A DNA stretch of 14,293 bases from the NCBI GenBank assembly GCA_046758705.1, contig JBHIAT010000088.1, forward strand, positions 1 through 14,293. The letters run 5' to 3'. Below the pieces are notes generated by a model. The model searched no databases and was not told the DNA's origin. It saw only the letters and a list, made by a program, of their open reading frames with translations. The DNA is from Candidatus Bipolaricaulia bacterium. GTDB lineage: Bacteria > Bipolaricaulota > Bipolaricaulia > JBHIAT01. This document shows, one piece after another, positions 6,596-14,293 of this stretch (its first letter is position 1; the number at the start of each line of letters is the position of its first letter). The translations under genes were made by a program, and so were the position numbers.

Positions 6596-7723
6596 TTAGA
6601 CGCGGGATGGTTGGCCCTCTGAGAACCGCTTCATGCGGAGTTCCTTGCTCTGGATCCCAATGTTCAACAAGATCCCGATCCCAATCAGCGACGCCCACAG
6701 TGAGCTGCCTCCGTAGCTGACGAACGTGAGGGGCAAGCCTTTAGTGGGAAGCATGCCGGTCGCCATGCCCACGTTGATGATCACATGGGACAACAGGATA
6801 ACGACAATTCCGACCGCGAGCAGTCCTCCGAAGCGATCTGGGGCCTCTCGGGCGATCCGGAGTCCCCGCCAGATGAGCATCAGATACAGAGCGAGCAGGA
6901 TGATCCCGCCGATGAGCCCGAACTCCTCAGCGAGCACAGAGAAGATGAAATCGGTGTCGTCGGCGGCCAGGAAGTTCAGATTGCTCTGGGTCCCCTGTAG
7001 AAAACCTTTGCCCAGCAGTCCGCCCGAACCGATGGCGATCTTTGACTGGATGACTGAGTAGCCGACGCCCAGGGGATCTCTCATCGGGTTCAGGAAGATT
7101 AGCAGTCGCTCACGTTGGTACTCTTGGAGGACGAGGTAGAAGAGTGGCGGCACGGCCGCGGCCCCGATGCCGAGCAGCCCGAGCAGATGTCTACTCCGTA
7201 TCCCGCTTGCGAACAGCATCCCGATCAGCAGGAACGCGAACACGATCGATGTGCCGAGATCAGGCTCAAGAAAGACCAACAGGGCCGGAATCGTGACGTG
7301 AGCGATGTAGGGGAGGAGCTGTGAGAATCGTTCCAACTTGCTCACCCGACTCCTCAGGTGCCAGGCGAGGGAGATCACCACCGCAACTTTGGCAAACTCA
7401 GAAGGTTGGAGGTTGATGAACCCGAGGCTGAACCATCGGCGGCTTCCCCCGATTTCGGTTCCCCAGAATAGGGTGAGAAACAATAGCATCAGAGAGATGA
7501 CATAGATCAAAACAGCCAGTCGTCTCCAACGGTGGTAGTCGACGGCCATGACGACCACCATCACGATGACGCCGACGATCAGCCAAATGATCTGTTTTCT
7601 GACCAGCTGCAGTTCGCCGGGGGAGCTGGCGCTGTAGATCATTAACAGGCCGATCGTGCACAGGGTGGCTGTAATGGCGATGATCGGCCAGTCCAGTTGC
7701 TTTAAGCGACCCATAGGGCCCAT
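6596..7723 (-). CDS. rodA: rod shape-determining protein RodA (SEDS peptidoglycan glycosyltransferase)
   Basis: DWPII, GLLMIYSAS, GSRRWFSLGFINLQPSEFAK, EPDLGT, YQRERL, GYSVIQSKIAIGSGGLLGKG, TDFIFSVLAEEFG, GLPLTFVSYGGSS. Confidence 0.92.
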   Translation of the reverse strand: MGPMGRLKQLDWPIIAITATLCTIGLLMIYSASSPGELQLVRKQIIWLIVGVIVMVVVMAVDYHRWRRLAVLIYVISLMLLFLTLFWGTEIGGSRRWFSLGFINLQPSEFAKVAVVISLAWHLRSRVSKLERFSQLLPYIAHVTIPALLVFLEPDLGTSIVFAFLLIGMLFASGIRSRHLLGLLGIGAAAVPPLFYLVLQEYQRERLLIFLNPMRDPLGVGYSVIQSKIAIGSGGLLGKGFLQGTQSNLNFLAADDTDFIFSVLAEEFGLIGGIILLALYLMLIWRGLRIAREAPDRFGGLLAVGIVVILLSHVIINVGMATGMLPTKGLPLTFVSYGGSSLWASLIGIGILLNIGIQSKELRMKRFSEGQPSRV

Positions 7724-7753
7724 GATAGTTCACAGATCGGTCGTCACTCAGAG

Positions 7754-8113
7754 TCAGAGTTCGATATCCGCGATCTCGATCTCCACGCCACTGACCACCA
7801 GGCCGGTCATCCGACGCACCTCGTGCTCGATCCTCTGAGTCAGTGCCTGAGCGGCCTCGGTGATCTTGATTCCATATTTGGCGATCAGGGAGAGCTTCAC
7901 CCATAGCCGGTCGTCCTTCTTGTGGATCTTGATGCCCTTGCCCCTGTAGACTTTAGACAAGGTCGACAACAGATCATCTTCACCACCGACCCGGTTCGGG
8001 GGACTCAACCCGGCAGTTTCGGAGATGAGTTTGTAGATCAGCAGTTCGACCACCTCATCGGCGATGAAGATCTCGCCCAGCTCCTCCTGGATCGGCTCCA
8101 ATTCGGCCATCAT
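7754..8113 (-). CDS. Asp23/Gls24 family envelope stress response protein
   Basis: LGEIFIADEVVE, KGIKI, AKYGIKITEAA, MTGLVVSGVEIEIADI. ATG 8113 fits the RBS spacing best; GTG 8119 is the alternative. Confidence 0.85.
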   Translation of the reverse strand: MMAELEPIQEELGEIFIADEVVELLIYKLISETAGLSPPNRVGGEDDLLSTLSKVYRGKGIKIHKKDDRLWVKLSLIAKYGIKITEAAQALTQRIEHEVRRMTGLVVSGVEIEIADIEL

Positions 8114-8136
8114 CACCACACCCTCTCTGCGATCGA

Positions 8137-8165
8137 ATTATAACGGATCGCACGCCGACGGACAA
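8137..8165 (-). promoter_or_regulatory. sigma70-type promoter of the asp23-rodA-AIRS-menG unit
   Basis: Minus strand TTGTCC (8165-8160), 17-nt spacer, TATAAT (8142-8137). Confidence 0.7.
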
Positions 8166-8204
8166 GGAAAGGGAAAAGGCGATCGGCGGCTACCCAAGGA
8201 ATGG

Positions 8205-8233
8205 TTGCGAGACTCCCTCGGTGCGGATATACT
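8205..8233 (+). promoter_or_regulatory. sigma70-type promoter of dtd (divergent from the asp23 promoter)
   Basis: TTGCGA (8205-8210), 17-nt spacer, TATACT (8228-8233), followed by RBS GAGGAGG. Confidence 0.65.
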
Positions 8234-8249
8234 GCTGAGGAGGTCGACA

Positions 8250-8693
8250 GTGAGGTTAGTGATCCAGCGGGTGACCCAGGCTTCGGTGACGGTGGCCGAT
8301 CAGATCCTCGGGGAGATCGAATCAGGGCTGGTCGTGCTGGTCGGCGTCGGGGTCGGCGACGGGGAGGCGGACACCGACTACCTGGCCGACAAAATCGTCC
8401 ACTTGAGGATCTTTGAGGACGCTGACGGGAAGATGAACCGTTCCCTGCTGGAGATCGGTGGGAGGATTCTGGCCGTGCCGCAGTTCACCCTGTACGGGGA
8501 GACCCGTAAGGGACGGCGGCCGAGCTTCGATCGGGCTGCCCCCCCACAGCTCGCCAAAGCGTTGTTCGATCGGTTTGTAGAGCGGGTAACATCGCGGATG
8601 GAGCAAACACCGGAGATCGGGCGCTTCGGAGCGCATATGCAAATCCACCTGGTCAACGACGGGCCGGTCACCTTGGTGATGGACAGTCCGTAG
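8250..8693 (+). CDS. dtd: D-aminoacyl-tRNA deacylase
   Basis: (M)RLVIQRVTQASV, LRIFEDADGKMNRSL, PQFTLYG, KGRRPSF, GRFGAHMQIHLVNDGPVT. GTG start at 8250 after GAGGAGG; the upstream extension to 8064 in the ORF track is spurious. Confidence 0.95.
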   Translation: MRLVIQRVTQASVTVADQILGEIESGLVVLVGVGVGDGEADTDYLADKIVHLRIFEDADGKMNRSLLEIGGRILAVPQFTLYGETRKGRRPSFDRAAPPQLAKALFDRFVERVTSRMEQTPEIGRFGAHMQIHLVNDGPVTLVMDSP

Positions 8694-8701
8694 CGCCAGA
8701 C

Positions 8702-9016
8702 CTAGACGAACCCCAACTCCATCTTGGCGTCCTCGGACATCATCTCGGGACTCCACGGCGGACTCCAGACGATCTCCAGGTCGACGTCTACGTCCGATCC
8801 AAACTCACTCTGCAGTGCCATCTGGGCGCTTTCGTGGAACATCGGTCCGATCGGACAACCGGGGGTTGTCAACGTCATCTCAACATAGACCAGGTTTTCA
8901 TCCCGGATCTCGATATCGTAGACTAAACCCAGGTCAACCACGTTGATCCCGAGCTCGGGATCGATGACGCTACTCCGTATGCACTCCCAAACGGCATCGG
9001 TGGTCAATTCCCTCAT
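8702..9016 (-). CDS. metal-sulfur cluster assembly factor (DUF59/SufT/MIP18 family)
   Basis: VIDPELGINVVDLGLVY, MTLTTPGCP, WSPPWSPEMMS; RBS AAGGAGG. Confidence 0.92.
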   Translation of the reverse strand: MRELTTDAVWECIRSSVIDPELGINVVDLGLVYDIEIRDENLVYVEMTLTTPGCPIGPMFHESAQMALQSEFGSDVDVDLEIVWSPPWSPEMMSEDAKMELGFV

Positions 9017-9025
9017 GATACCTCC

Positions 9026-10108
9026 TTAGGGCTCAGGGATAGTGATCTTCAGATCCTTGATCCGATCTGCCAGTCGTGATGCGATCCGTTCGAACTCCTT
9101 GGCGGTCTGTGAATCCGGCGCAGCGATGACGATCGGGACACCACGGTCACCGCTCTCCCGCAGATCTGGATCGATGGGGATCCGCCCGAGGAGTGGGACG
9201 TTGCGCTTGAGGCTCTCTCGCTCTCCACCGCCGACTCCGAAGATCTCGGTCGTCTCCCCACAGTGCGGACAGATGAAGTAAGACATATTCTCGACGATCC
9301 CCAGCAGCGGTACCTTCACCTCCTCGAACATGTGGATGCCCCGTCTCACATCGCTCAACGAGACCTCCTGAGGGGTGGTGACCGCCAGGGCGCCGGTCAT
9401 ATCCAACCCTTGGGCGACATTGAGTTGCTGATCCCCGGTGCCTGGGGGCATATCAATGATCAGATAGTCGAGTTTCCCCCAAGCGACATCGGTGAGAAAC
9501 TGATCGAGCGCTTTTTTGAGCATCGGCCCCCGCCAGACGAGCGGCTGTTCCGCCTCGATCAGGAAGCCGATCGACATCGTCTCTATGCCGTATTTCTCTG
9601 TGGGGAGGATCTTATCCCCTATGATTCGCGGCGGACCTTCGATCCCCAACAGGTTGGGAACGTTCGGGCCATGGATGTCGGCGTCCAGCAACCCGACCTT
9701 GCGGCCGGCGTTCGCCAGCGTCGCGGCCAGGTTGACGCTCACCGTTGTCTTCCCGACCCCGCCTTTGGCACTGAAGACGGCGATGATCCGGTCGACCTCG
9801 GGGAGCTGAATCTTTGTCGGGATGTGTCTTGGGGTTGGGGAACGTCTGACGTCCTGAGCCTGGCTTGGGGGGGCGAACGTCACCTCCACGCCCGCCAGTT
9901 CTTCGAACGTCTCCAGGGCCGCCTCGACCCGGTCCCGCAGCTCCGACTTGGACGCATAATTGGGGTTGAAGCGAACCGTGAGGGACAGCTTGGCATCGCG
10001 GATCTCGACCGACTGGATCAGGCCCAGCTCCTGCAAGCTCTTCCCAACCCTCGGCAGCTCGATCTCGCCGATATGCGCTTTGATCTCCTCGATCCGTTCC
10101 TCACGCAT
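9026..10108 (-). CDS. mrp: Mrp/NBP35 (ApbC) Fe-S cluster carrier ATPase
   Basis: Deviant Walker A SAKGGVGKTT, LDADIHGPN, WRGPM, LDYLIIDMPPGTGD, VTTPQ, GIVENMSYFICPHC; degenerate N-terminal DUF59-like domain. Confidence 0.95.
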   Translation of the reverse strand: MREERIEEIKAHIGEIELPRVGKSLQELGLIQSVEIRDAKLSLTVRFNPNYASKSELRDRVEAALETFEELAGVEVTFAPPSQAQDVRRSPTPRHIPTKIQLPEVDRIIAVFSAKGGVGKTTVSVNLAATLANAGRKVGLLDADIHGPNVPNLLGIEGPPRIIGDKILPTEKYGIETMSIGFLIEAEQPLVWRGPMLKKALDQFLTDVAWGKLDYLIIDMPPGTGDQQLNVAQGLDMTGALAVTTPQEVSLSDVRRGIHMFEEVKVPLLGIVENMSYFICPHCGETTEIFGVGGGERESLKRNVPLLGRIPIDPDLRESGDRGVPIVIAAPDSQTAKEFERIASRLADRIKDLKITIPEP

Positions 10109-10568
10109 AGATCATCTCGTCCTTGAGATCCTCTGCCTTCACCGGAGCCGGCCACTTCTGGCCCGTCTCAACCACCTGGTTCAGGTTGATCGAATCCAGG
10201 GCGTCCCGGAACTTCTCGTCGATCAGCTGCCAGGCGATGCTCGTCGGACATCCCGCTTCGATCTTGCAGTTTACCTGGGGATCGGAGATGAGGCAGGTGA
10301 CGAGCGCCAACTGGCTCTCGAGGGCTTCGACGACATCCAGAACCGAGATCTCATCAGGCGCATGTGTGAGGACATATCCGCCGTTCCGACCGTGCTTCGC
10401 CTCGACCAATTCGGCCTTCCTCAGTTCCTGGAGGATCTTCTCGATGAACGGTTCCGACATCCCGTGCTGTTCGGAGATGTATTTGGTCGAGATCGGTCCC
10501 TTGCCGTGATGGAGGGCAAGTTCATAGATCGCTCGCAGTCCGTAGTCGCTCTTCCAGGTCAGGATCAT
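10101..10568 (-). CDS. Rrf2 family transcriptional regulator, IscR-like with three Cys
   Basis: SDYGLRAIYELA, ISEQHGMSEPFIEKILQELRKAELV, GRNGGYVL, ISVLDVVEALE, C-x8-C-x5-C. ATG 10568 follows GGAGG. Confidence 0.92.
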   Translation of the reverse strand: MILTWKSDYGLRAIYELALHHGKGPISTKYISEQHGMSEPFIEKILQELRKAELVEAKHGRNGGYVLTHAPDEISVLDVVEALESQLALVTCLISDPQVNCKIEAGCPTSIAWQLIDEKFRDALDSINLNQVVETGQKWPAPVKAEDLKDEMIYA

Positions 10569-10579
10569 CCCAACCTCCA

Positions 10580-10604
10580 ATTGTGGATCATTTCACTCTG
10601 GTTT
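10580..10604 (-). promoter_or_regulatory. candidate Rrf2/IscR autoregulatory operator
   Basis: Minus strand AAACCAGAGTGAAATGATCCACAAT resembles the IscR type-1 pattern and lies over the predicted transcription start, between -10 and the RBS. Confidence 0.45.
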
Positions 10605-10606
10605 TC

Positions 10607-10635
10607 ATTATAGCGGCAGGAGAATCCTATGTCAA
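10607..10635 (-). promoter_or_regulatory. consensus sigma70 promoter of the rrf2-mrp-DUF59 operon
   Basis: Minus strand TTGACA (10635-10630), 17-nt spacer, TATAAT (10612-10607): perfect consensus. Confidence 0.9.
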
Positions 10636-10650
10636 ACGTCTCTCAGACGA

Positions 10651-12099
10651 TCAATCCCCCGCGCTCAGGCTCTTGATGTAAGCGATGATCGCGTCGAGAT
10701 CGTCGTCTGAGAGTGCACTACCGAGATTGGGCATGATGTTGGGCAGAAAATCCTGGACGACCTTGGCGTTGGGGTTCAGGATCGACTCCCTCAGGTAGAC
10801 CTCATCGGCGGTGACCGTCTCGCCACTGGCCAGCATCCGCTCGCTGTCGAACAGTCCTTTCCAGGTCGGTCCGACAAGCCGCTCGCCGGTTACCGTATGA
10901 CAGCCGAGGCAGCCGAACTGCTGGGCCAGTTGGCGACCGCGCTCGACCGCGGCCGGCTCCGGCTCAGCTTCAGCCGGCTGCGGCGTGACTTCTAGCGCCG
11001 GTGGGGAGACGCTCGCGGCGATCAGTTCCTCGAAGATGCGCCAGATCGCCGGGTCGTTGACGTTGCGGTGCGCGTTCCCCGTGGCGATCTCCTTGGCCGT
11101 GCCGAGGATCTCGGTGGCGGCCCCCTCGTCGCCCAGGCTTTGTAGAGCAAGTCCCTTCTGCATCATAGACACATACTGCTGGCCGGGGCCGTGGCACGCC
11201 TCGCAGGTCACGTCCAGCGTGTTGGCCGTCTGCTTATCGATAAACGGATGGCGTTCGGCGAACAGGTCGGGGTGGGTGCTGGTCATGAATGCCGACTGCA
11301 TCCAGCGTTCCACATGTTCCTTGCTCGACTGGGGGATGTAGATCTCGCTGATCTCAGGGTGAGCATGGCAGGCGAGGCAGGTGTTCGAGCCGACGAACCG
11401 CAGATTTGCGCCTAGCGACGAGAGGCTTGTGTCCGCTTCGATCGTGTCACGAATCGGATTCGGTGAGATGAACGGCTGTTCCTGGCTGCCGAAACTGCCG
11501 AACCCCTCGACCAGGAACGTTTCCTTGTGGACATTCCACCATGCCTTGGTCCGTTCGATCGCCTCCTGGCGCTGCTCGGGGGGATCGTCGAACGAGAAAC
11601 CGAAGTCGTCACCGGTCATCCAGCGGATCAGCTCCGACGCCTCCTGGCGCACCCGCCAGCGATCGGAGCTCAATCTCTCGATGCTGACTTCGAAGATCTC
11701 CTCTTTACGGTCCAGCAACTCCTCATGGGCCCGTTCGAATTCCAGCGCCAGACCCTGGCCGCCGTGACAGGCGGTGCAACCGACCTGATCGAACGGGAAT
11801 CGTGCGGTGTCGACGTTGAAGGCCGCGTGTTGAGCGTTCAGTTCGTCGATGTTCAGATGGCAGGTCATGCAGAAGTCTGCGGTTCGGCCCACCTCGGTGA
11901 CGACCTTCCGGATCTCCAGTTGTCGTTCCACTTGTATTCGATCCCCGAGGCTTACCGATCCCCCCTTCTGGGCCTCCTTCACCTGGTAGAGGTAGTCCCG
12001 TTGATAGCGTTTCCACTCCTGGTTGTAGTTATCGATTCCCGCTGCAATGAACAGCAACAGCAGCAGGACGATAGAGAAAGCGAAATATCTACGGATCAC
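10651..12099 (-). CDS. membrane-anchored or exported pentaheme c-type cytochrome
   Basis: N-terminal hydrophobic segment; CMTCH, CTACH, CLACH, CEACH, CLGCH; C-terminal class I cytochrome c domain (GPTWKGL...YLRESILNP...IMP); GTG start with RBS GAGGT. Confidence 0.9.
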   Translation of the reverse strand: MIRRYFAFSIVLLLLLFIAAGIDNYNQEWKRYQRDYLYQVKEAQKGGSVSLGDRIQVERQLEIRKVVTEVGRTADFCMTCHLNIDELNAQHAAFNVDTARFPFDQVGCTACHGGQGLALEFERAHEELLDRKEEIFEVSIERLSSDRWRVRQEASELIRWMTGDDFGFSFDDPPEQRQEAIERTKAWWNVHKETFLVEGFGSFGSQEQPFISPNPIRDTIEADTSLSSLGANLRFVGSNTCLACHAHPEISEIYIPQSSKEHVERWMQSAFMTSTHPDLFAERHPFIDKQTANTLDVTCEACHGPGQQYVSMMQKGLALQSLGDEGAATEILGTAKEIATGNAHRNVNDPAIWRIFEELIAASVSPPALEVTPQPAEAEPEPAAVERGRQLAQQFGCLGCHTVTGERLVGPTWKGLFDSERMLASGETVTADEVYLRESILNPNAKVVQDFLPNIMPNLGSALSDDDLDAIIAYIKSLSAGD

Positions 12100-12115
12100 C
12101 GATTACCTCTTATGC

Positions 12116-13309
12116 TTAGACATTTGCGGCGTACGCCCGTCCCCAGTGGTCGGCGTCAAGAACCTGTTCCAGGCTGGGATTCTCCACTATTTTATGGTCT
12201 TCGAGGAGGTTTTTCAACACCTGGGGGATGGCGACGAACGGGAGTTTTCCGCTCAGGAATCGGTTCACTAGAACCTCGTTGCCTCCGTTCACGGCAGCCG
12301 GGGCGGTTCCGCCCCGCACCCCGGCGTCACAGGCCACGTAGAATCCTGGGTAGCGCTCCGGATCGACTTCACGGAACGTGAGCGCGGTCTTCAACGGGTC
12401 GAGCCGGGGGAATTCGTTCTTGATCCGATCGGGGTAGGTAAGCGCATATTGGATCGGGATCCGCATGTCCGGGACCCCGAGTTGAGCGATCACCGATCCA
12501 TCGACGAATTCGACCATCGAGTGGATGATACTCTGAGGATGGATCAGGACATCGATCCGCTCATAGGGGATGTCGAAGAGGAAGTGGGCCTCGATCACTT
12601 CGAACCCCTTGTTGACCATCGTTGCCGAGTTGACGGTGATCAGATCTCCCATATCCCAGTTCGGATGGGCGAGCGTCTCGGCGACGCTCACCCGGGTGAG
12701 TTCATCGGGATCGACGTCCCGAAACGGCCCTCCTGAGGCGGTGAGAATAAGCCGTTCGATCTCATCGTGGTTCCCGGCGGTGAGCGCTTGGAAGATGGCG
12801 CTGTGCTCGCTATCGATCGGGATAATTCGAGTCTCGGTCTCGTTCTGCTCGGCGAGGGCTTGGCGGACCAGGGGGCCGCCGATGACCAGAGTCTCCTTGT
12901 TGGCGAGGCCGACCGTTTTGCCGGCCCGGATCGCCTCGAGCGTCGGGAGCAGGCCAACGGCCCCGACGAGCGCGGAGACGACGAAGTTGGCCTCCGGCCA
13001 AGCGGCGATCTTCTGGAGTCCCGCCTTCCCGTGGTAGATCTCTACCTCTCGCTCCCCTGCGGAGCCGAGCCGCCGTCGCAATCGTGGCACGTCGGCCTCG
13101 TGCTTGATGGTGACCGCCTGAGGGCGAAACCGCTCCACCTGGTTCGTCAACCGCTCCAGGTTCTCACCCGCGGCGAGCGCGACGACGTCAAACCGTCGGT
13201 CTGCATAGCGGTTGATGCTATCAATCGCTGCTAGGGTCTGGGTGCCTACCGAGCCGGTAGAACCAAGGATGGCAATCTTCTTAGGGAGATGTTCGTGGGG
13301 AGTGAGCAT
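12116..13309 (-). CDS. dxr: 1-deoxy-D-xylulose 5-phosphate reductoisomerase
   Basis: ILGSTGSVG, LANKETLV, PIDSEHSAIFQ, LTASGGPFR, HPNWDMG, NSATMVNKGFEVIEAH, IHPQSIIHSMV, PDMRIPI. Start is ATG 13309, or TTG 13336 overlapping ftsH. Confidence 0.97.
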   Translation of the reverse strand: MLTPHEHLPKKIAILGSTGSVGTQTLAAIDSINRYADRRFDVVALAAGENLERLTNQVERFRPQAVTIKHEADVPRLRRRLGSAGEREVEIYHGKAGLQKIAAWPEANFVVSALVGAVGLLPTLEAIRAGKTVGLANKETLVIGGPLVRQALAEQNETETRIIPIDSEHSAIFQALTAGNHDEIERLILTASGGPFRDVDPDELTRVSVAETLAHPNWDMGDLITVNSATMVNKGFEVIEAHFLFDIPYERIDVLIHPQSIIHSMVEFVDGSVIAQLGVPDMRIPIQYALTYPDRIKNEFPRLDPLKTALTFREVDPERYPGFYVACDAGVRGGTAPAAVNGGNEVLVNRFLSGKLPFVAIPQVLKNLLEDHKIVENPSLEQVLDADHWGRAYAANV

Positions 13310-13316
13310 CGCAGGA

Positions 13317-14293
13317 TCAGGCGGTTTGTGGGGCAAGTTCGTTCAAGATCGCTTCGAGTTGATCTCCCTCTAGAACCTCCTTCTCCAAAAGCTTCGCGGT
13401 TAGTTTGTCGAGTGCTTCGCGGTGGTTCCCCAGCAGCTCCTTGGCCTTCGTGTAACAGCCGGTGATGAGCTTCTTGATCTCTTTGTCGACGAGCGACGAC
13501 ATCTCTTCGCTGTGGTCTTCGCTTTTGATGATATCCTCACCCAAGAACACATTCCCGTTCTCCCGACCCAACCGCAGCGGTCCGATCTCATCGCTCATCC
13601 CGTACTCCATCACCATCCGTCTGGCGATCTCCGTCGCCTTCTTCAGGTCATCGTAGGCCCCGGTACTCACCTCGTTGAAGACAAGCTCCTCCGCCGCCCG
13701 GCCTCCCAAGATCCCCACGACCCGATCGAGCAGTTCCTGGCGAGTGACGAGATAGCGCTCCTCCAACGGCAGCTGCAACGTAAAGCCCAGCACCCCCTCA
13801 GTCCGGGGCACGATCGAGATCTTGTGGATCGGATCGGCGTTGGGCAACAGGTAACCGACCAGTGCATGCCCCGACTCGTGATAGGCGATCTTCTCCTTCT
13901 CCTGTTCGGTGATCAGCAACCCTTTGCGCTGGATACCGGCGATCACCCGGTCGATCGCCTCCTCGAAGTCGGCCATCCCGATTGCATCCTTCTCTTTCCT
14001 GGCGGCCAACAGCGCCGCCTCATTCGCCAGGTTCTCCAGATCCGCGCCCACGAACCCCGGCGTACGCCGTGCCAGCACCGTGAGATCGACATTGGAGGCA
14101 AGCCGTTTGTTGCGGGTGTGGACTTTGAGGATCGCCTCTCGTCCGCCGAGATCGGGCGGCGGGACGGTGATGCGACGATCGAACCGACCAGGTCTAAGCA
14201 GCGCTGGATCGAGGACATCGGGACGGTTGGTGGATGCGAGGATGATGACCCCCTTGTTCGTCTCGAAGCCGTCCATCTCGGCGAGCATTTGGT
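13317..14293 (-). CDS. ftsH: ATP-dependent zinc metalloprotease FtsH (3' part; 5' end lies outside the window)
   Basis: [42 protein letters not shown], zinc motif [29 protein letters not shown]. Confidence 0.97.
   Translation of the reverse strand, partial: QMLAEMDGFETNKGVIILASTNRPDVLDPALLRPGRFDRRITVPPPDLGGREAILKVHTRNKRLASNVDLTVLARRTPGFVGADLENLANEAALLAARKEKDAIGMADFEEAIDRVIAGIQRKGLLITEQEKEKIAYHESGHALVGYLLPNADPIHKISIVPRTEGVLGFTLQLPLEERYLVTRQELLDRVVGILGGRAAEELVFNEVSTGAYDDLKKATEIARRMVMEYGMSDEIGPLRLGRENGNVFLGEDIIKSEDHSEEMSSLVDKEIKKLITGCYTKAKELLGNHREALDKLTAKLLEKEVLEGDQLEAILNELAPQTA

Noticed and set aside
5607..6698. HypE call, and the longer start at 6698
   Set aside because: No C-terminal PRIC and no hydrogenase genes nearby; the 6698 start overlaps rodA by about 100 nt, whereas TTG 6563 has an RBS
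8064..8249. N-terminal extension of Dtd in the ORF track
   Set aside because: It overlaps asp23 and both promoters; family homology starts at GTG 8250, which has a strong RBS
1..14293. CRISPR array, IS element, rRNA or prophage
   Set aside because: I saw no regularly spaced repeats, terminal inverted repeats, transposase, phage genes or rRNA-like sequence; almost all bases are accounted for by housekeeping genes

Overview
GC-rich (about 60%) bacterial chromosomal housekeeping region. The protein style suggests a deep-branching lineage such as Bipolaricaulota or Thermotogae-like, which is inference only. Plus strand: a peptide/nickel-family (family 5) ABC importer operon (substrate-binding protein plus two permeases, no ATPase), tRNA-Ile2(CAT), an RNase HI-like gene and dtd. 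Minus strand: partial ftsH, dxr, a pentaheme mosaic c-type cytochrome, an Rrf2(IscR-like)-Mrp/ApbC-SufT/DUF59 Fe-S maturation operon, and asp23-like-rodA-AIR-synthase-like-menG. Five sigma70-type promoters can be read directly. I see no mobile element, CRISPR array or rRNA. Points worth a second look: (1) the substrate-binding gene is broken near its 3' end by a 1-nt frameshift and an in-frame TAG, inside a segment with shifted codon usage; (2) a five-CxxCH cytochrome with an unusual domain mosaic; (3) window-wide over-representation of GATC/CGATCG, resembling HIP1; (4) a 12-nt anti-SD complement at the 5' end of the ABC operon leader, resembling STAB-SD; (5) a candidate IscR-type operator. 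No clearly new multi-gene system can be proven from sequence alone.
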